Below, one piece after another: positions 36,963-45,782 of a DNA stretch of 64,000 bases (within the stretch, counting starts at the first letter, position 1; every line of letters starts with the position of its first letter). The position numbers and the translations under genes were made by a program. The DNA is taken from positions 7,249 through 71,248 of the forward strand of contig JBCCVP010000003.1 of assembly GCA_039195135.1 (NCBI GenBank). The letters are read 5' to 3'. Below the pieces are notes generated by a model. That model was given only the letters and a program-made list of their open reading frames with translations, searched no databases and was not told the DNA's origin. The stretch is from Pseudomonadota bacterium. GTDB taxonomy: Bacteria; Pseudomonadota; Gammaproteobacteria; Xanthomonadales; SZUA-38.

Positions 36963-39167
36963 CTACTCGAACCCGCTGGCGAAGATCGTCTCCAGCCGAA
37001 GCGTGAAGGCACCAATATTCTCTGACCACACGCTGCCGGCCTGATCGAAGATGCCGCCGACATACACGGTACTGCCATCCAGAAACAGTGTTCGACCGGC
37101 GGAACCGGTGATGTCGTCGTGGAGACCGGCACCCAGCGGATACCAGGTTGTGCCGTCAAAATAGGCCAGCCGATTGACCGCCGTCGTACCCGAGGTACTA
37201 AACCAGCCGGTTGCCACCACCGCATCATCCGCAATAATCAGATCCTCGACGCCGAAAATATTGGCCTGCAGGCCCTCGCCGAGCTGGCCCCAGGTGTCAC
37301 CGTCGAAGCGGAACACCTGGCCGTCGAACGAGCCGCCCACGTAAAGGTTGTCACCCTGCGCCTTGAGCACCTCAATTTCGCCAAAGAAGGTGGGAGTATC
37401 CTGGTCAAACGTCTCCCAGTCAGTGCCATTCCAGCGCACGATGGTGGCCACACTGCCGGGCCGGTAGGCAGCGATAAGATCACCGTTGTACACCGCCAGC
37501 GCCGTCGGCGTGGAGAACGTGTTGGGCAGATCAGTAAACTCCGTCAGGGTGGCCCCATCCCAGGACAGAATCGGGCCAGCGCCCGATAGGAAGTTACCCG
37601 TCAGGATGAGCTGATCGTTCCAGACCACCATCTGGCTGCCGGGGACGTTAACCCCCTCACCGACTGCGCTCCAGGCCTGGCCGTCCCAGCGGGCCAGGCC
37701 AGATATCTGCTGGCCTCCCGCTTCGTTGAACAGGCCCATGACGTAAAGTTCACCCTGAAACTCGGCCATCACCTGGACCGATGGCGCCTGGCTGGTGGGT
37801 CCGTTAAAAGCCAGACCTGCGCCCAGCCCGTGCCAGGCCCCTTCCCGGTACTCAGCAATCAGGCCAACCAGCTGATCACCGGCCCCGGTGAACTCACCGC
37901 CGGCCACGACGGCACCGTTGTAGCGGGTGATATCCAGCACATCGTTGTTGATGCCCTGGGCCAGGCCGCGCCAGCGGGTACCATTGTTACAGGCAACGCC
38001 CCGGCTGAAAAACTGCTGATCAACAGCGGTGCCTTGCTGCACGCCGCAGATCTCTCCGCCCAGGGAAAACAGGTCCAGGAACTCGGCGTTACCCAGCGTT
38101 TCGGCGTCGGGCACCGCCTCCCACTCCTGCGCCGCGTTCAGGCGGGCAATGCCGCGGGCGTCCGGGTCAATGTCGGTAAAGTTACCCGTGGCGTGGAAGA
38201 ATCCGTTGGCCACAGCCAGGGCACCAAACCCCGTGTTGACGCCCGAGCTGCTGCCCACGGCGCTCCATTCCATCGAGCCGGCGTCGTACTCGGAAACTGC
38301 TCCCGCCGGCCGGCCGCCCCACTGGGTGGAGATGCTCGACGTGGCAGCGACGCGCGTGGCGTTGATGTCGATATCCCGAATCGGGTTGAGCGTGTTGCTG
38401 CTGCCCAGGTCCATCCATTTGTCGTTTGCGCCCGAAGACCAGCGGCGAACGCTTGAACCCACCCCGGCGTAAACGAACGATACGTCCGGCAGGATCGCGG
38501 TCACGGTGCCGTTGACGCCGTTGCTGGTGCCGACGTTGTCTGTATCCAGCGGCTCCCAGCTGAATCCGCCGGTACGCACAATGCGGTTCGCTGACACGGG
38601 CGTCATCATCGCGTTGTCGACAAAGGTAAAGCTGCCGCCCAGGTAAACCCGCGTCCCGTCCCAGGCCAGCGCATACACCGGTCCGTTGGGCCCGTTGCCC
38701 GGCCCGTTGATCTGCAGCCAGCTGCCCGAGGTGGTGTAGCACGCGAAGTAGTTCAGGTCTTCCGGGCCGAGGCTGGTGAAATCGCCGCCGATGCAAATGC
38801 TGGTGCCAAAAGGCGTAACGTCCCGAACGGGGAACGATCCCGACAGAAAACCGCAGTTATCGCCGCCGGGCTCCGTGGGGCCTATATCACCGGTGGTGCT
38901 CCACTCGCCATTTTCGTAGCGAATGAGCATGTGGCACTCAATGGAGCCGTCCGGCGCCCGAAATCGCATCGGTATGCTGCGGGTACCGGTAGATCCGACA
39001 AACCCGTTAGCCGACGGCGCCGCGTTGCGCAGCACGCTCTCAGGAAAGCCGGCAAACTGGTTCAACCACGTGAATGCCGGGGCCTGCGCCGCGGCGCTGC
39101 CGGCCCCCAATATTCCCCCAACAACTCCCCCAATCAGCGCGCTGCGCATTCCTTTCCTGACGTTCAT
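36963..39167 (-). CDS. Secreted beta-propeller-like repeat protein ending in ...IFASGFE
   Basis: ATG 39167 is preceded by AAGGAG. Signal peptide MNVRKGMRSALIGGVVGGILGAGSAAAQA. Many repeats of the form G-G-x-F-x-x-x-G......[IL]A-x-[WF]-D-G-x-x-W-x-x-[LV]-G, e.g. GLFNEAGGQQISGLARWDGQAWSAVG, GWFSTSGTTAVNRLAYFDGTTWYPLG. Confidence 0.75.
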   Translation of the reverse strand: MNVRKGMRSALIGGVVGGILGAGSAAAQAPAFTWLNQFAGFPESVLRNAAPSANGFVGSTGTRSIPMRFRAPDGSIECHMLIRYENGEWSTTGDIGPTEPGGDNCGFLSGSFPVRDVTPFGTSICIGGDFTSLGPEDLNYFACYTTSGSWLQINGPGNGPNGPVYALAWDGTRVYLGGSFTFVDNAMMTPVSANRIVRTGGFSWEPLDTDNVGTSNGVNGTVTAILPDVSFVYAGVGSSVRRWSSGANDKWMDLGSSNTLNPIRDIDINATRVAATSSISTQWGGRPAGAVSEYDAGSMEWSAVGSSSGVNTGFGALAVANGFFHATGNFTDIDPDARGIARLNAAQEWEAVPDAETLGNAEFLDLFSLGGEICGVQQGTAVDQQFFSRGVACNNGTRWRGLAQGINNDVLDITRYNGAVVAGGEFTGAGDQLVGLIAEYREGAWHGLGAGLAFNGPTSQAPSVQVMAEFQGELYVMGLFNEAGGQQISGLARWDGQAWSAVGEGVNVPGSQMVVWNDQLILTGNFLSGAGPILSWDGATLTEFTDLPNTFSTPTALAVYNGDLIAAYRPGSVATIVRWNGTDWETFDQDTPTFFGEIEVLKAQGDNLYVGGSFDGQVFRFDGDTWGQLGEGLQANIFGVEDLIIADDAVVATGWFSTSGTTAVNRLAYFDGTTWYPLGAGLHDDITGSAGRTLFLDGSTVYVGGIFDQAGSVWSENIGAFTLRLETIFASGFE

Positions 39168-39260
39168 CCTGCTCTCCTTTGCATGGTGGTCTTTTACACA
39201 TGCGCAGGGTCTCCGCAGAACGCGCCAGGTTTTTTTCACGACACATGCTGTCGTGTCGGA

Positions 39261-42200
39261 TTAGCGCCAGCTGGGCGCCCCCGCCTCCGTCAGGGTGGCT
39301 TCCAGTTCCTTGAGCTCGCCCGCCAGGAGCGCCTCAAGGTCCGCGCTGAAGGCCGTAAACGCCTCGCTGGCGATCTCATAGTCGGTCCGCTGGGTCGCCG
39401 TGGGCAGCTGCGTGGTGTTCCAGCTGTTGGACGTGTTGAAAGCACGTCCACCGATCGACGGCGAAACAGACTCATCCAGGCCCCGGCGCACCCGATCGCC
39501 GGACAGACGGGTCTGCAGCCGGCCCAGCTCAACGCCTAAGGCATCAAGGCGCACCAGCAGTTCGGGCGAAGCAGCGGGAGCCCGCACGGCCGCCGCCTTC
39601 ATATGGGACAGGAGGTCCCGGGTACGCTTAATCTCCTCGCCGGCATTAACCACCTGTCGCAGCAGCTCCGCCGATTGCTGCTGAAAGGCGGCCACCGCCG
39701 CATAATCGGTGCCGTCGGCTGCCTGCCGCACCGGCTTAACGCGAAAGGACTGGGCTGCCCCGAGCGGTGCAGCCGTGCCATCGCTTAACCCGTAAAGCTG
39801 CACTGAATACTCACCCGGGGCAGCGAGCGGCCCCTGGGGATCACTGACCCAAGGCGGCGTGAACTCTGGCACGGACAGGTCCACCGCGTCCGGCGCCGGC
39901 CGGCGCAGGTCCCAGGTCACCCGGCTCGTGCCCTTTTTGTTGGCGGCCTTCAGCCAGCGCACCGGCTGGTCGTTTGCGTCGCTCACCAGCAGCAGCACCT
40001 GCGGCTTGGTCGCTTCGGCCTCCTCGGTCAGCGTGTCCCAGCCTGGAAAGGCCACGTCCTCCCCGTCCTCGCGCAGCGACTTCTCGCGCTCCCGGCGAAT
40101 CTGTTTTTTCGTCTGAAAAGCTTCCGGCAGATAGTAGCTAATGGCGGCGCCAAATTCCGGATTGGGTGTGCGGAAGCTGTCGCTGCCCATGGTCGGCATG
40201 CCTTTGGCCTGGGTCGGCACCGACGGGATGTACCACCAGGCGTCCCGCACCGGGAACACGGTGGCTGCGTCGCCAAAATCGTCCGCCGCCATCGTCCGCA
40301 GCGCCGAGTAGTCGTCGAGGATGTAGATGCCCCGGCCAAAGGTGGCACCGACCAGATCGTTGTCCCGGCGCTGCAGCTTGATATCGCGAAAAGCGATCGT
40401 GGGCGCCCCCGCCAGCTTGTGCCAGTTGGTGCCGCCATTGAGGCTGAAATAGAGTCCATATTCTGCGCCGAGAAACAGCAGGTTTGCGTTGTCCTCATCC
40501 TGCTGAATGGCCCAGACGATGGTGCCGTCGGGCAGATCGCCGGCGATGGACCGCCAGCTCTGGCCGCGGTTGCTGCTGACAAAGACGTAGGGAGAGAAAT
40601 CGCCCAGCTTGTGGCCATCCGCCACCGCAAACACGGTGTCAGCGTCATGCTGGGACGCCTCGACGTCGTTGATGAACAGCGGGCTTACGTCGCCGGGCAG
40701 GGTGCGTGCGCGCTGCCACTGCTCTCCTCCGTCCGCGGTGGCGTGAAGCAGACCGTCGTCGGTGCCGGCGTAAAGGACGCCTTCGCGCACCGGCGACTCA
40801 GAGATGGCGGTGATGGTGGCGTATTTCGACATGGCGCCATTGTCGTGCAGCGCATCAACGCTGAAGACGCGGCCCTGATAGGTGCGCGCATAGCGATTTT
40901 CGTTGCTGGTGAGATCGCCGCTGACGGCCTGCCAGGCGTCGCCCCGGTTGTCGCTGCGCCAGACCCGCTGCGAGCCGACGTACACCCGGGCCGGGTTGTG
41001 CGGGCTGACCACGATGGGCGTGTCCCAGTTCCAGCGCTCCGGCGGTTCGCCGGGGGCCGGTTGGGGCTGAATATGCACCAGCTCATTCGTATCCCGGCGA
41101 TGCCGGAACATGTAGCCCTGCTGAAACTCCATATACGAAATGTTGTTATCGCTCGGATCGAACACCACGCTGTAGCCGTCCGCCCCCAGAGGCACGTACC
41201 AGTCCTGATTGCGAACGCCTTCGGTAATCATCGTTCGGGACGGGCCGAAGAGGGTGCCCAGATCCTGCGCGCCCACGAGGACGTTGTAGAACGGTTCCGT
41301 GTTGTCGACGGCAATCTTGTAAAACTGGGAGATGGGCAGGTTGGGAAAGTGGCGCCAGCTTACGCCCTGGTCAAAGCTCTCATACAACCCCGCATCCGTG
41401 CCCGCCAGCAGGTGCAGGTCGTTGTCCGGATCGATCCACAGCGCGTGGTTGTCGCTATGTTTCTCCCGTCCGGTACCCAGCACGGAGAAATTGTTGCCTC
41501 CGTCCCGGGTAACCCGGAAGAACACGTCCATCTGAAACACAAGATCGGCGGTCTGCTGCGAGGCGGTCAGCTCCTGATAGTAATGGGGTCCGGTACCACC
41601 CGAGATGTAGGGGTTCTGGTGGCTCCAGCTCTCACCTTCGTCCGCCGAGCGGTAGAAGCCCTTGCTGTCGTCGTCCGCTTCGATCGTCGCGTAGACCAAC
41701 CGCGGATCAGCGGCGGTGACGGCCAGGCCGATTTTTCCCACATCGCCCTCCGGCAGTCCCCGCGACTTCTTGTCCCAGGTGGCGCCGGCGTCAGTGGATT
41801 TATAAATCCCGCCGTTCGGCCCGCCGGCGAGGAGCCCCCAAACGTGGCGCCGGCGCTCATAGGCGGCGGCATAAATCACATCCGGATCGGTCGGGTGGAA
41901 TACCAGGTCAGCAACGCCGGTGTTCTCGTCAATCTCGAGCACCGCGTCCCAGCTCGCGCCGCCGTCGGTGGACTTGTAGACCCCACGTTCCCCACCCGGC
42001 GCCCAAAGCGGCCCTTCCGCGGCCGCGTAGACCACCGCGCTGTTCCGGGGATCGATCAGAATTTTTGAGATGTGCTCAGATCGTGCCAGCCCAAGGTTGG
42101 TCCAGGTTTTCCCGCCGTCGTTGCTCCTGTACACGCCACTGCCCCAGCCCACGTGGCGGCCGCTCACGTTCTCGCCGGTGCCCACCCAAACCACGTTGGG

Positions 42201-42557
42201 ATTGTTCGGATCGACGGTCACATCGCCGATGGAATAGGAAGCCTGATCGTCAAAAATTGGCGTCCACGTGGTGCCCGCGTTGGTGGTTTTCCACACGCCG
42301 CCGGAGCCCACCGCCACGTACCAGAGATTTCGGTGATCCGGATGAATGGCAATGTCAGCAATGCGCCCGCCCATAAAAGCCGGCCCGATGCTCCGCAGCT
42401 TGAGGCCCTTTGCCGCCTCAGCGACGGTCTCCTGGCTGGCGGCAAACACCGTTACTGAGCCTGCCGAAAGGCACATCAAAGCGATCCCGGCTAGCGCTCG
42501 GCGCTGAAACTTCGAGGCAAACATTCCCATTCGGTTGGTCAATTTCACGATCATCAT
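39261..42557 (-). CDS. Secreted sortilin/VPS10-like BNR (Asp-box) repeat protein, paralog of 4150-7302
   Basis: Asp-boxes: KTTNAGTTWTPI, RSNDGGKTWTNL, KSTDGGASWDAV, KSTDAGATWDKK, RSADEGESWSHQ, ATADGGEQWQRA, SSNRGQSWRSI. It shares GGVWKTTNAG and other blocks with the 4150 gene. The start is ATG 42557 or 42527; the track's extension to 42848 would overlap truC and is rejected. Confidence 0.85.
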   Translation of the reverse strand: MMIVKLTNRMGMFASKFQRRALAGIALMCLSAGSVTVFAASQETVAEAAKGLKLRSIGPAFMGGRIADIAIHPDHRNLWYVAVGSGGVWKTTNAGTTWTPIFDDQASYSIGDVTVDPNNPNVVWVGTGENVSGRHVGWGSGVYRSNDGGKTWTNLGLARSEHISKILIDPRNSAVVYAAAEGPLWAPGGERGVYKSTDGGASWDAVLEIDENTGVADLVFHPTDPDVIYAAAYERRRHVWGLLAGGPNGGIYKSTDAGATWDKKSRGLPEGDVGKIGLAVTAADPRLVYATIEADDDSKGFYRSADEGESWSHQNPYISGGTGPHYYQELTASQQTADLVFQMDVFFRVTRDGGNNFSVLGTGREKHSDNHALWIDPDNDLHLLAGTDAGLYESFDQGVSWRHFPNLPISQFYKIAVDNTEPFYNVLVGAQDLGTLFGPSRTMITEGVRNQDWYVPLGADGYSVVFDPSDNNISYMEFQQGYMFRHRRDTNELVHIQPQPAPGEPPERWNWDTPIVVSPHNPARVYVGSQRVWRSDNRGDAWQAVSGDLTSNENRYARTYQGRVFSVDALHDNGAMSKYATITAISESPVREGVLYAGTDDGLLHATADGGEQWQRARTLPGDVSPLFINDVEASQHDADTVFAVADGHKLGDFSPYVFVSSNRGQSWRSIAGDLPDGTIVWAIQQDEDNANLLFLGAEYGLYFSLNGGTNWHKLAGAPTIAFRDIKLQRRDNDLVGATFGRGIYILDDYSALRTMAADDFGDAATVFPVRDAWWYIPSVPTQAKGMPTMGSDSFRTPNPEFGAAISYYLPEAFQTKKQIRREREKSLREDGEDVAFPGWDTLTEEAEATKPQVLLLVSDANDQPVRWLKAANKKGTSRVTWDLRRPAPDAVDLSVPEFTPPWVSDPQGPLAAPGEYSVQLYGLSDGTAAPLGAAQSFRVKPVRQAADGTDYAAVAAFQQQSAELLRQVVNAGEEIKRTRDLLSHMKAAAVRAPAASPELLVRLDALGVELGRLQTRLSGDRVRRGLDESVSPSIGGRAFNTSNSWNTTQLPTATQRTDYEIASEAFTAFSADLEALLAGELKELEATLTEAGAPSWR

Positions 42558-42638
42558 TTCCTGGTTTCTGGACTTGTCCTGCAGTCCGCTGGCGGGTCGC
42601 GAGGACCGGAGCGGCGGTCTATCGTACACTCCCCCGCT

Positions 42639-43445
42639 GTGATGATCCTGCGCCGCGCCGCGGCCACGCCCTTGGCAGAATCTACCGAAAGCGCCCGCCT
42701 CGAAGTGATCTACGCCGACGATCAACTGGCGGCAATCAACAAGCCACCGGGGCTGCTGACGCACCGCAGCGCCATCGCCCGGCAGGAGTCGCTTTACGCG
42801 CTTCAGCTGCTTCGGGATCAGCTCGGCCAGCACGTTTTTCCTGTCCATCGACTGGATAGACCAACCTCCGGTGTCCTGCTGTTCGCGCTGAACCGGGACT
42901 GCGCCCGGCGCTTATCCGCGCAGTTTTCCGACGGACTGGTGAGCAAAGACTATCTCGCCGTGGTTCGGGGCTACTGTCCCGTTCTGGGCACCATCGATCA
43001 TCCGCTCAAGGAACAGCTGGACCCAACAACCGACCGCCGGGCGCGGGCTGACAAGCCGCCGCAGGATGCGCAAACGACGTACAAGCGGCTGGCGACCGTC
43101 GAGCTGCCGGTGCAGGTGGATCGGTATCCGCAAACCCGCTATTCGCTGGTCCACCTCAAGCCGCAGACCGGCCGCAAGCATCAGCTGCGCCGGCACATGA
43201 AGCACCTGGGCCACCCGATCATCGGCGACAGCACGCACGGCAAAGGGATTCACAACCGATTTTTTGCCCGCGAGCTTGCCTGCCCTCGTTTGCTGCTGGC
43301 GTGCGTTGGGCTGCAGTTGCAGCATCCGGTCAGCGGCGAGGCCCTGTCGCTTACCGCCGGTCCAGGTGGAGATTTTTTAAACGTGCTGACGCGGTTTGGC
43401 TGGACCGATCAGGCTGCAGGGCGGTTGGATGGACTTAAAGCGTAA
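42639..43445 (+). CDS. truC: tRNA pseudouridine synthase C (RluA family)
   Basis: AINKPPGLLTHRS, the catalytic HRLDRPTSGVLLFAL, TGRKHQLRRHMKHLGHPIIGDS and a LTRFGW C-terminus closely parallel E. coli TruC as I recall it. Confidence 0.85.
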   Translation: MMILRRAAATPLAESTESARLEVIYADDQLAAINKPPGLLTHRSAIARQESLYALQLLRDQLGQHVFPVHRLDRPTSGVLLFALNRDCARRLSAQFSDGLVSKDYLAVVRGYCPVLGTIDHPLKEQLDPTTDRRARADKPPQDAQTTYKRLATVELPVQVDRYPQTRYSLVHLKPQTGRKHQLRRHMKHLGHPIIGDSTHGKGIHNRFFARELACPRLLLACVGLQLQHPVSGEALSLTAGPGGDFLNVLTRFGWTDQAAGRLDGLKA

Positions 43446-43585
43446 CCGGGGACTGCTAGTCATGTGGTTTGCCCGGCGACCAGAACCGGTTAGTGCACCG
43501 ACAGCAGCGCAGCCGGCTCCGCGGGTTTGACCGGTACCTGGGCAAACCTTTCCGAAACTGAGACAAGCCCGACGAGGGGTATACT

Positions 43586-43984
43586 TTGTCGATGGCGACT
43601 TCTGCGCTGACACGATCACAACCGCTGGTGGCGTCGGGCACCCGGCGACGGGGCCTGCTTGCGTTCGGCGCTGCACTGGTCCTGACCCTGGGATTGATCA
43701 CGCTGCCCGGCGAGCGTGCGGCTATGGAGCCGGCGCTGCTCAACCTGATGAAGTTCATGGCAGCCATCAAAGCCGGCACCGCGCTGCTGGCGCTCGCGCT
43801 CTCGGGCTGGCGCCTGGGTCGCCCCGCCTCACCCGCTCTCCTGACAGCCCTCTACGCCGGCCCGATCGGCATGACCGGCGCCGCCTTGACCATCTGGCAG
43901 CTCCAATACCTGCTGCCCGCCATGGCCGTGTTCTACGGCTCCCTGGCGCTCCTGATCTGGGCGGCGATTGTGGACTCCGACTAA
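43586..43984 (+). CDS. Small membrane protein (about 4 TM), unknown function
   Basis: 132 aa, hydrophobic (LLAFGAALVLTLGLITL, AGTALLALALSGW, GPIGMTGAALTIW, AMAVFYGSLALLIWAAI). GC3-rich codons. The start is TTG 43586 or ATG 43592. Confidence 0.5.
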   Translation: MSMATSALTRSQPLVASGTRRRGLLAFGAALVLTLGLITLPGERAAMEPALLNLMKFMAAIKAGTALLALALSGWRLGRPASPALLTALYAGPIGMTGAALTIWQLQYLLPAMAVFYGSLALLIWAAIVDSD

Positions 43985-44059
43985 CCGGGCGCCCTCCCCC
44001 TGGACGACTGTGGATCTCCGTCTAGACTGACGAGACGGAAGACAAAAGGGAGCCCTCAC

Positions 44060-44596
44060 ATGAAATCACTGTTGTTGGCAGCAGCCCTGCTGCTGGGCAC
44101 CGGCTCCGCCGCTGCAGACATCTTCCTGTGTACCGGGGGCGGCATCGCAGGAAGCGTGCAGGACCCGGATTTTGTGCGCTGTATAGCTATCACCTCCTAT
44201 CAGGCTGGCATTTCAACGCCCGAATCCGGCCAGATCGGCAGCGGCCGCACCCGTGGAAATGCGGAGTTCACTGACTTCGTGCTGAGCAAAGCGTTTGATC
44301 TGTCTACCCTTGGCCTGCGCCGGGCCGCGATCCAGGGCGAAGCGTTTCAGGAATGGTCTATCCATTTCCTGACCACCGGCTGCGGCAATCAGCGACTGGA
44401 ATACCAGCGCATCAACGTTAGCAACGTGGTGGTCAGTTCGATAAACGAGACCGCCACGGACGAAGGCACGGCGGCGGAAGTGCTGACGCTCAACTTCGAA
44501 GAGGTGGAGTGGATTCAAACCACCTATGACGACACCTGTCAGGTTTCGGGAACCGAAACCTTCGCCTGGAACGTAGGCGACGCCGCACCGCCCTGA
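44060..44596 (+). CDS. Hcp/TssD-family (T6SS tube protein fold) homolog carrying a Sec signal peptide
   Basis: AAGGGAG lies 7 nt upstream of ATG 44060. MKSLLLAAALLLGTGSAAA precedes DIFL, the point where canonical Hcp proteins begin. Hcp-like blocks run the whole length: IAITSYQAGIS, AEFTDFVLSKAFDLSTLGL, LEYQRINVSNVVVSSI, EVLTLNFEEVEW, FAWNV. The mature region has four Cys and no in-frame Met. Confidence 0.8.
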   Translation: MKSLLLAAALLLGTGSAAADIFLCTGGGIAGSVQDPDFVRCIAITSYQAGISTPESGQIGSGRTRGNAEFTDFVLSKAFDLSTLGLRRAAIQGEAFQEWSIHFLTTGCGNQRLEYQRINVSNVVVSSINETATDEGTAAEVLTLNFEEVEWIQTTYDDTCQVSGTETFAWNVGDAAPP

Positions 44597-44979
44597 TGAG
44601 CGTCGCCGCACTGCTGATATTGGCTGCTGCCGCAGCACCGGCGCAGCCGGTCTGGCCCGAGGCGCCGGTGGTCTATGCCGCAGCTTCAGACCTGACCAGC
44701 GCGCAGCTGGTGCAGACGAAGCTGCTGCGCGATGGCCAGCGGATACTCAGCACCAACGTCCGCCTGGCCTGCCGCGAGGCACTGCTGCGCAGTCCCGAGT
44801 TTCTCGCTTTCGATCCGCGGGCCGGCACCTGTCGCGGCGTCAGTTCCACACCGGTGCCGGTGGAAGGCTCCCTGGTGGTTTTGGAGCCGCCGCCGCTGGA
44901 GCTGGTCTGCGTCTGCCCGCCGGACGCATTCTTCATCTTTTTAGACGGGTTTGAAGCTGCCACGCCTCAGCGATTCTGA
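44596..44979 (+). CDS. Small secreted Cys-containing protein, translationally coupled to the Hcp-like gene
   Basis: Its ATG overlaps the upstream TGA (TGATG at 44594-44598). 127 aa with a hydrophobic N-terminus (MSVAALLILAAAAAPAQP), four Cys (LACRE, GTCRG, LVCVCPP) and the C-terminus FFIFLDGFEAATPQRF. GC3-rich codon usage. Confidence 0.6.
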   Translation: MSVAALLILAAAAAPAQPVWPEAPVVYAAASDLTSAQLVQTKLLRDGQRILSTNVRLACREALLRSPEFLAFDPRAGTCRGVSSTPVPVEGSLVVLEPPPLELVCVCPPDAFFIFLDGFEAATPQRF

Positions 44980-44994
44980 TTCGACCACAGACCG

Positions 44995-45711
44995 TTAGCC
45001 CTCGGAGCGACGCCCGCCGGCCAGCCAGAGACTGGCCCCCAGGACGACAGGCGCAACAAACACAACGCCGCCGGCCAGCATGCCGGTCACAACACCCGCA
45101 AAGCTCAACCCTGCGGCCAGCACAAAAGCCAGTAGCAGGCAGATCAGGGCGGCTCGTGGAACCCGTCCCCGGGCGGGTAGACCTTCGCCAACGGTGAGCG
45201 CCAGCAAACCAACGACAGCGACCATGATGCCCCACCGATAGAGGCCGGCCACGGCCCCCCGTACCGTCGCAAAAAGCTCCGGCTGTGTGTCCAGCAGTTC
45301 CAGGGCCACGGGGTAAGCGTTGAGCGAGACCGCGTAGCCCGCCGTTGCCAGCAGCGCGCCGATGGCCACAACAGACCAGACCACTTTTCCTGGCCAGCCG
45401 AAGGCTCCGCGGTCATCGGAGAGCAGTAGCAGTGCGGCACCGGCAATCAGAGCTACCGCCACCATCTGAACGGTCCAGAGCGTGCTGAGGGTGGGCCAGA
45501 GTTCGGCGATAACGACGCCCACGGGAATGTCCGGATCGCGATCAAGCCAGCCCGCCCGCGCTTCAAGAGCAATGGTGCCCACAAAAAGCACGCCGCCGGC
45601 AAGCAACATCGCACCACCCGCCTTCAATCGTCCCTCAGAGTTTTCCAACAGCGATCCCACCACGTCTATCGAAGCTTCGGCGATCGTACTCGCTGGATCG
45701 CCGACAAACAA
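44995..45711 (-). CDS. Polytopic membrane protein, unknown function
   Basis: 238 aa with about 6 hydrophobic segments. The start is uncertain: TTG at 45711, with an internal Met further in. Confidence 0.5.
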   Translation of the reverse strand: MFVGDPASTIAEASIDVVGSLLENSEGRLKAGGAMLLAGGVLFVGTIALEARAGWLDRDPDIPVGVVIAELWPTLSTLWTVQMVAVALIAGAALLLLSDDRGAFGWPGKVVWSVVAIGALLATAGYAVSLNAYPVALELLDTQPELFATVRGAVAGLYRWGIMVAVVGLLALTVGEGLPARGRVPRAALICLLLAFVLAAGLSFAGVVTGMLAGGVVFVAPVVLGASLWLAGGRRSEG

Positions 45712-45782
45712 AAAGAAACCGGGTTGCCCGAAAAATGAAGTTGGTCTCAGTCCCGCTCACCGGGTTTCACTACACTGCAGCG

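Noticed and set aside
40419-42068. 549-aa plus-strand ORF
   Set aside because: It is antisense to the sortilin-like BNR gene, whose Asp-box repeats give strong coding evidence. The translation is Arg/Gly/Val/Ala-rich without recognisable domains.
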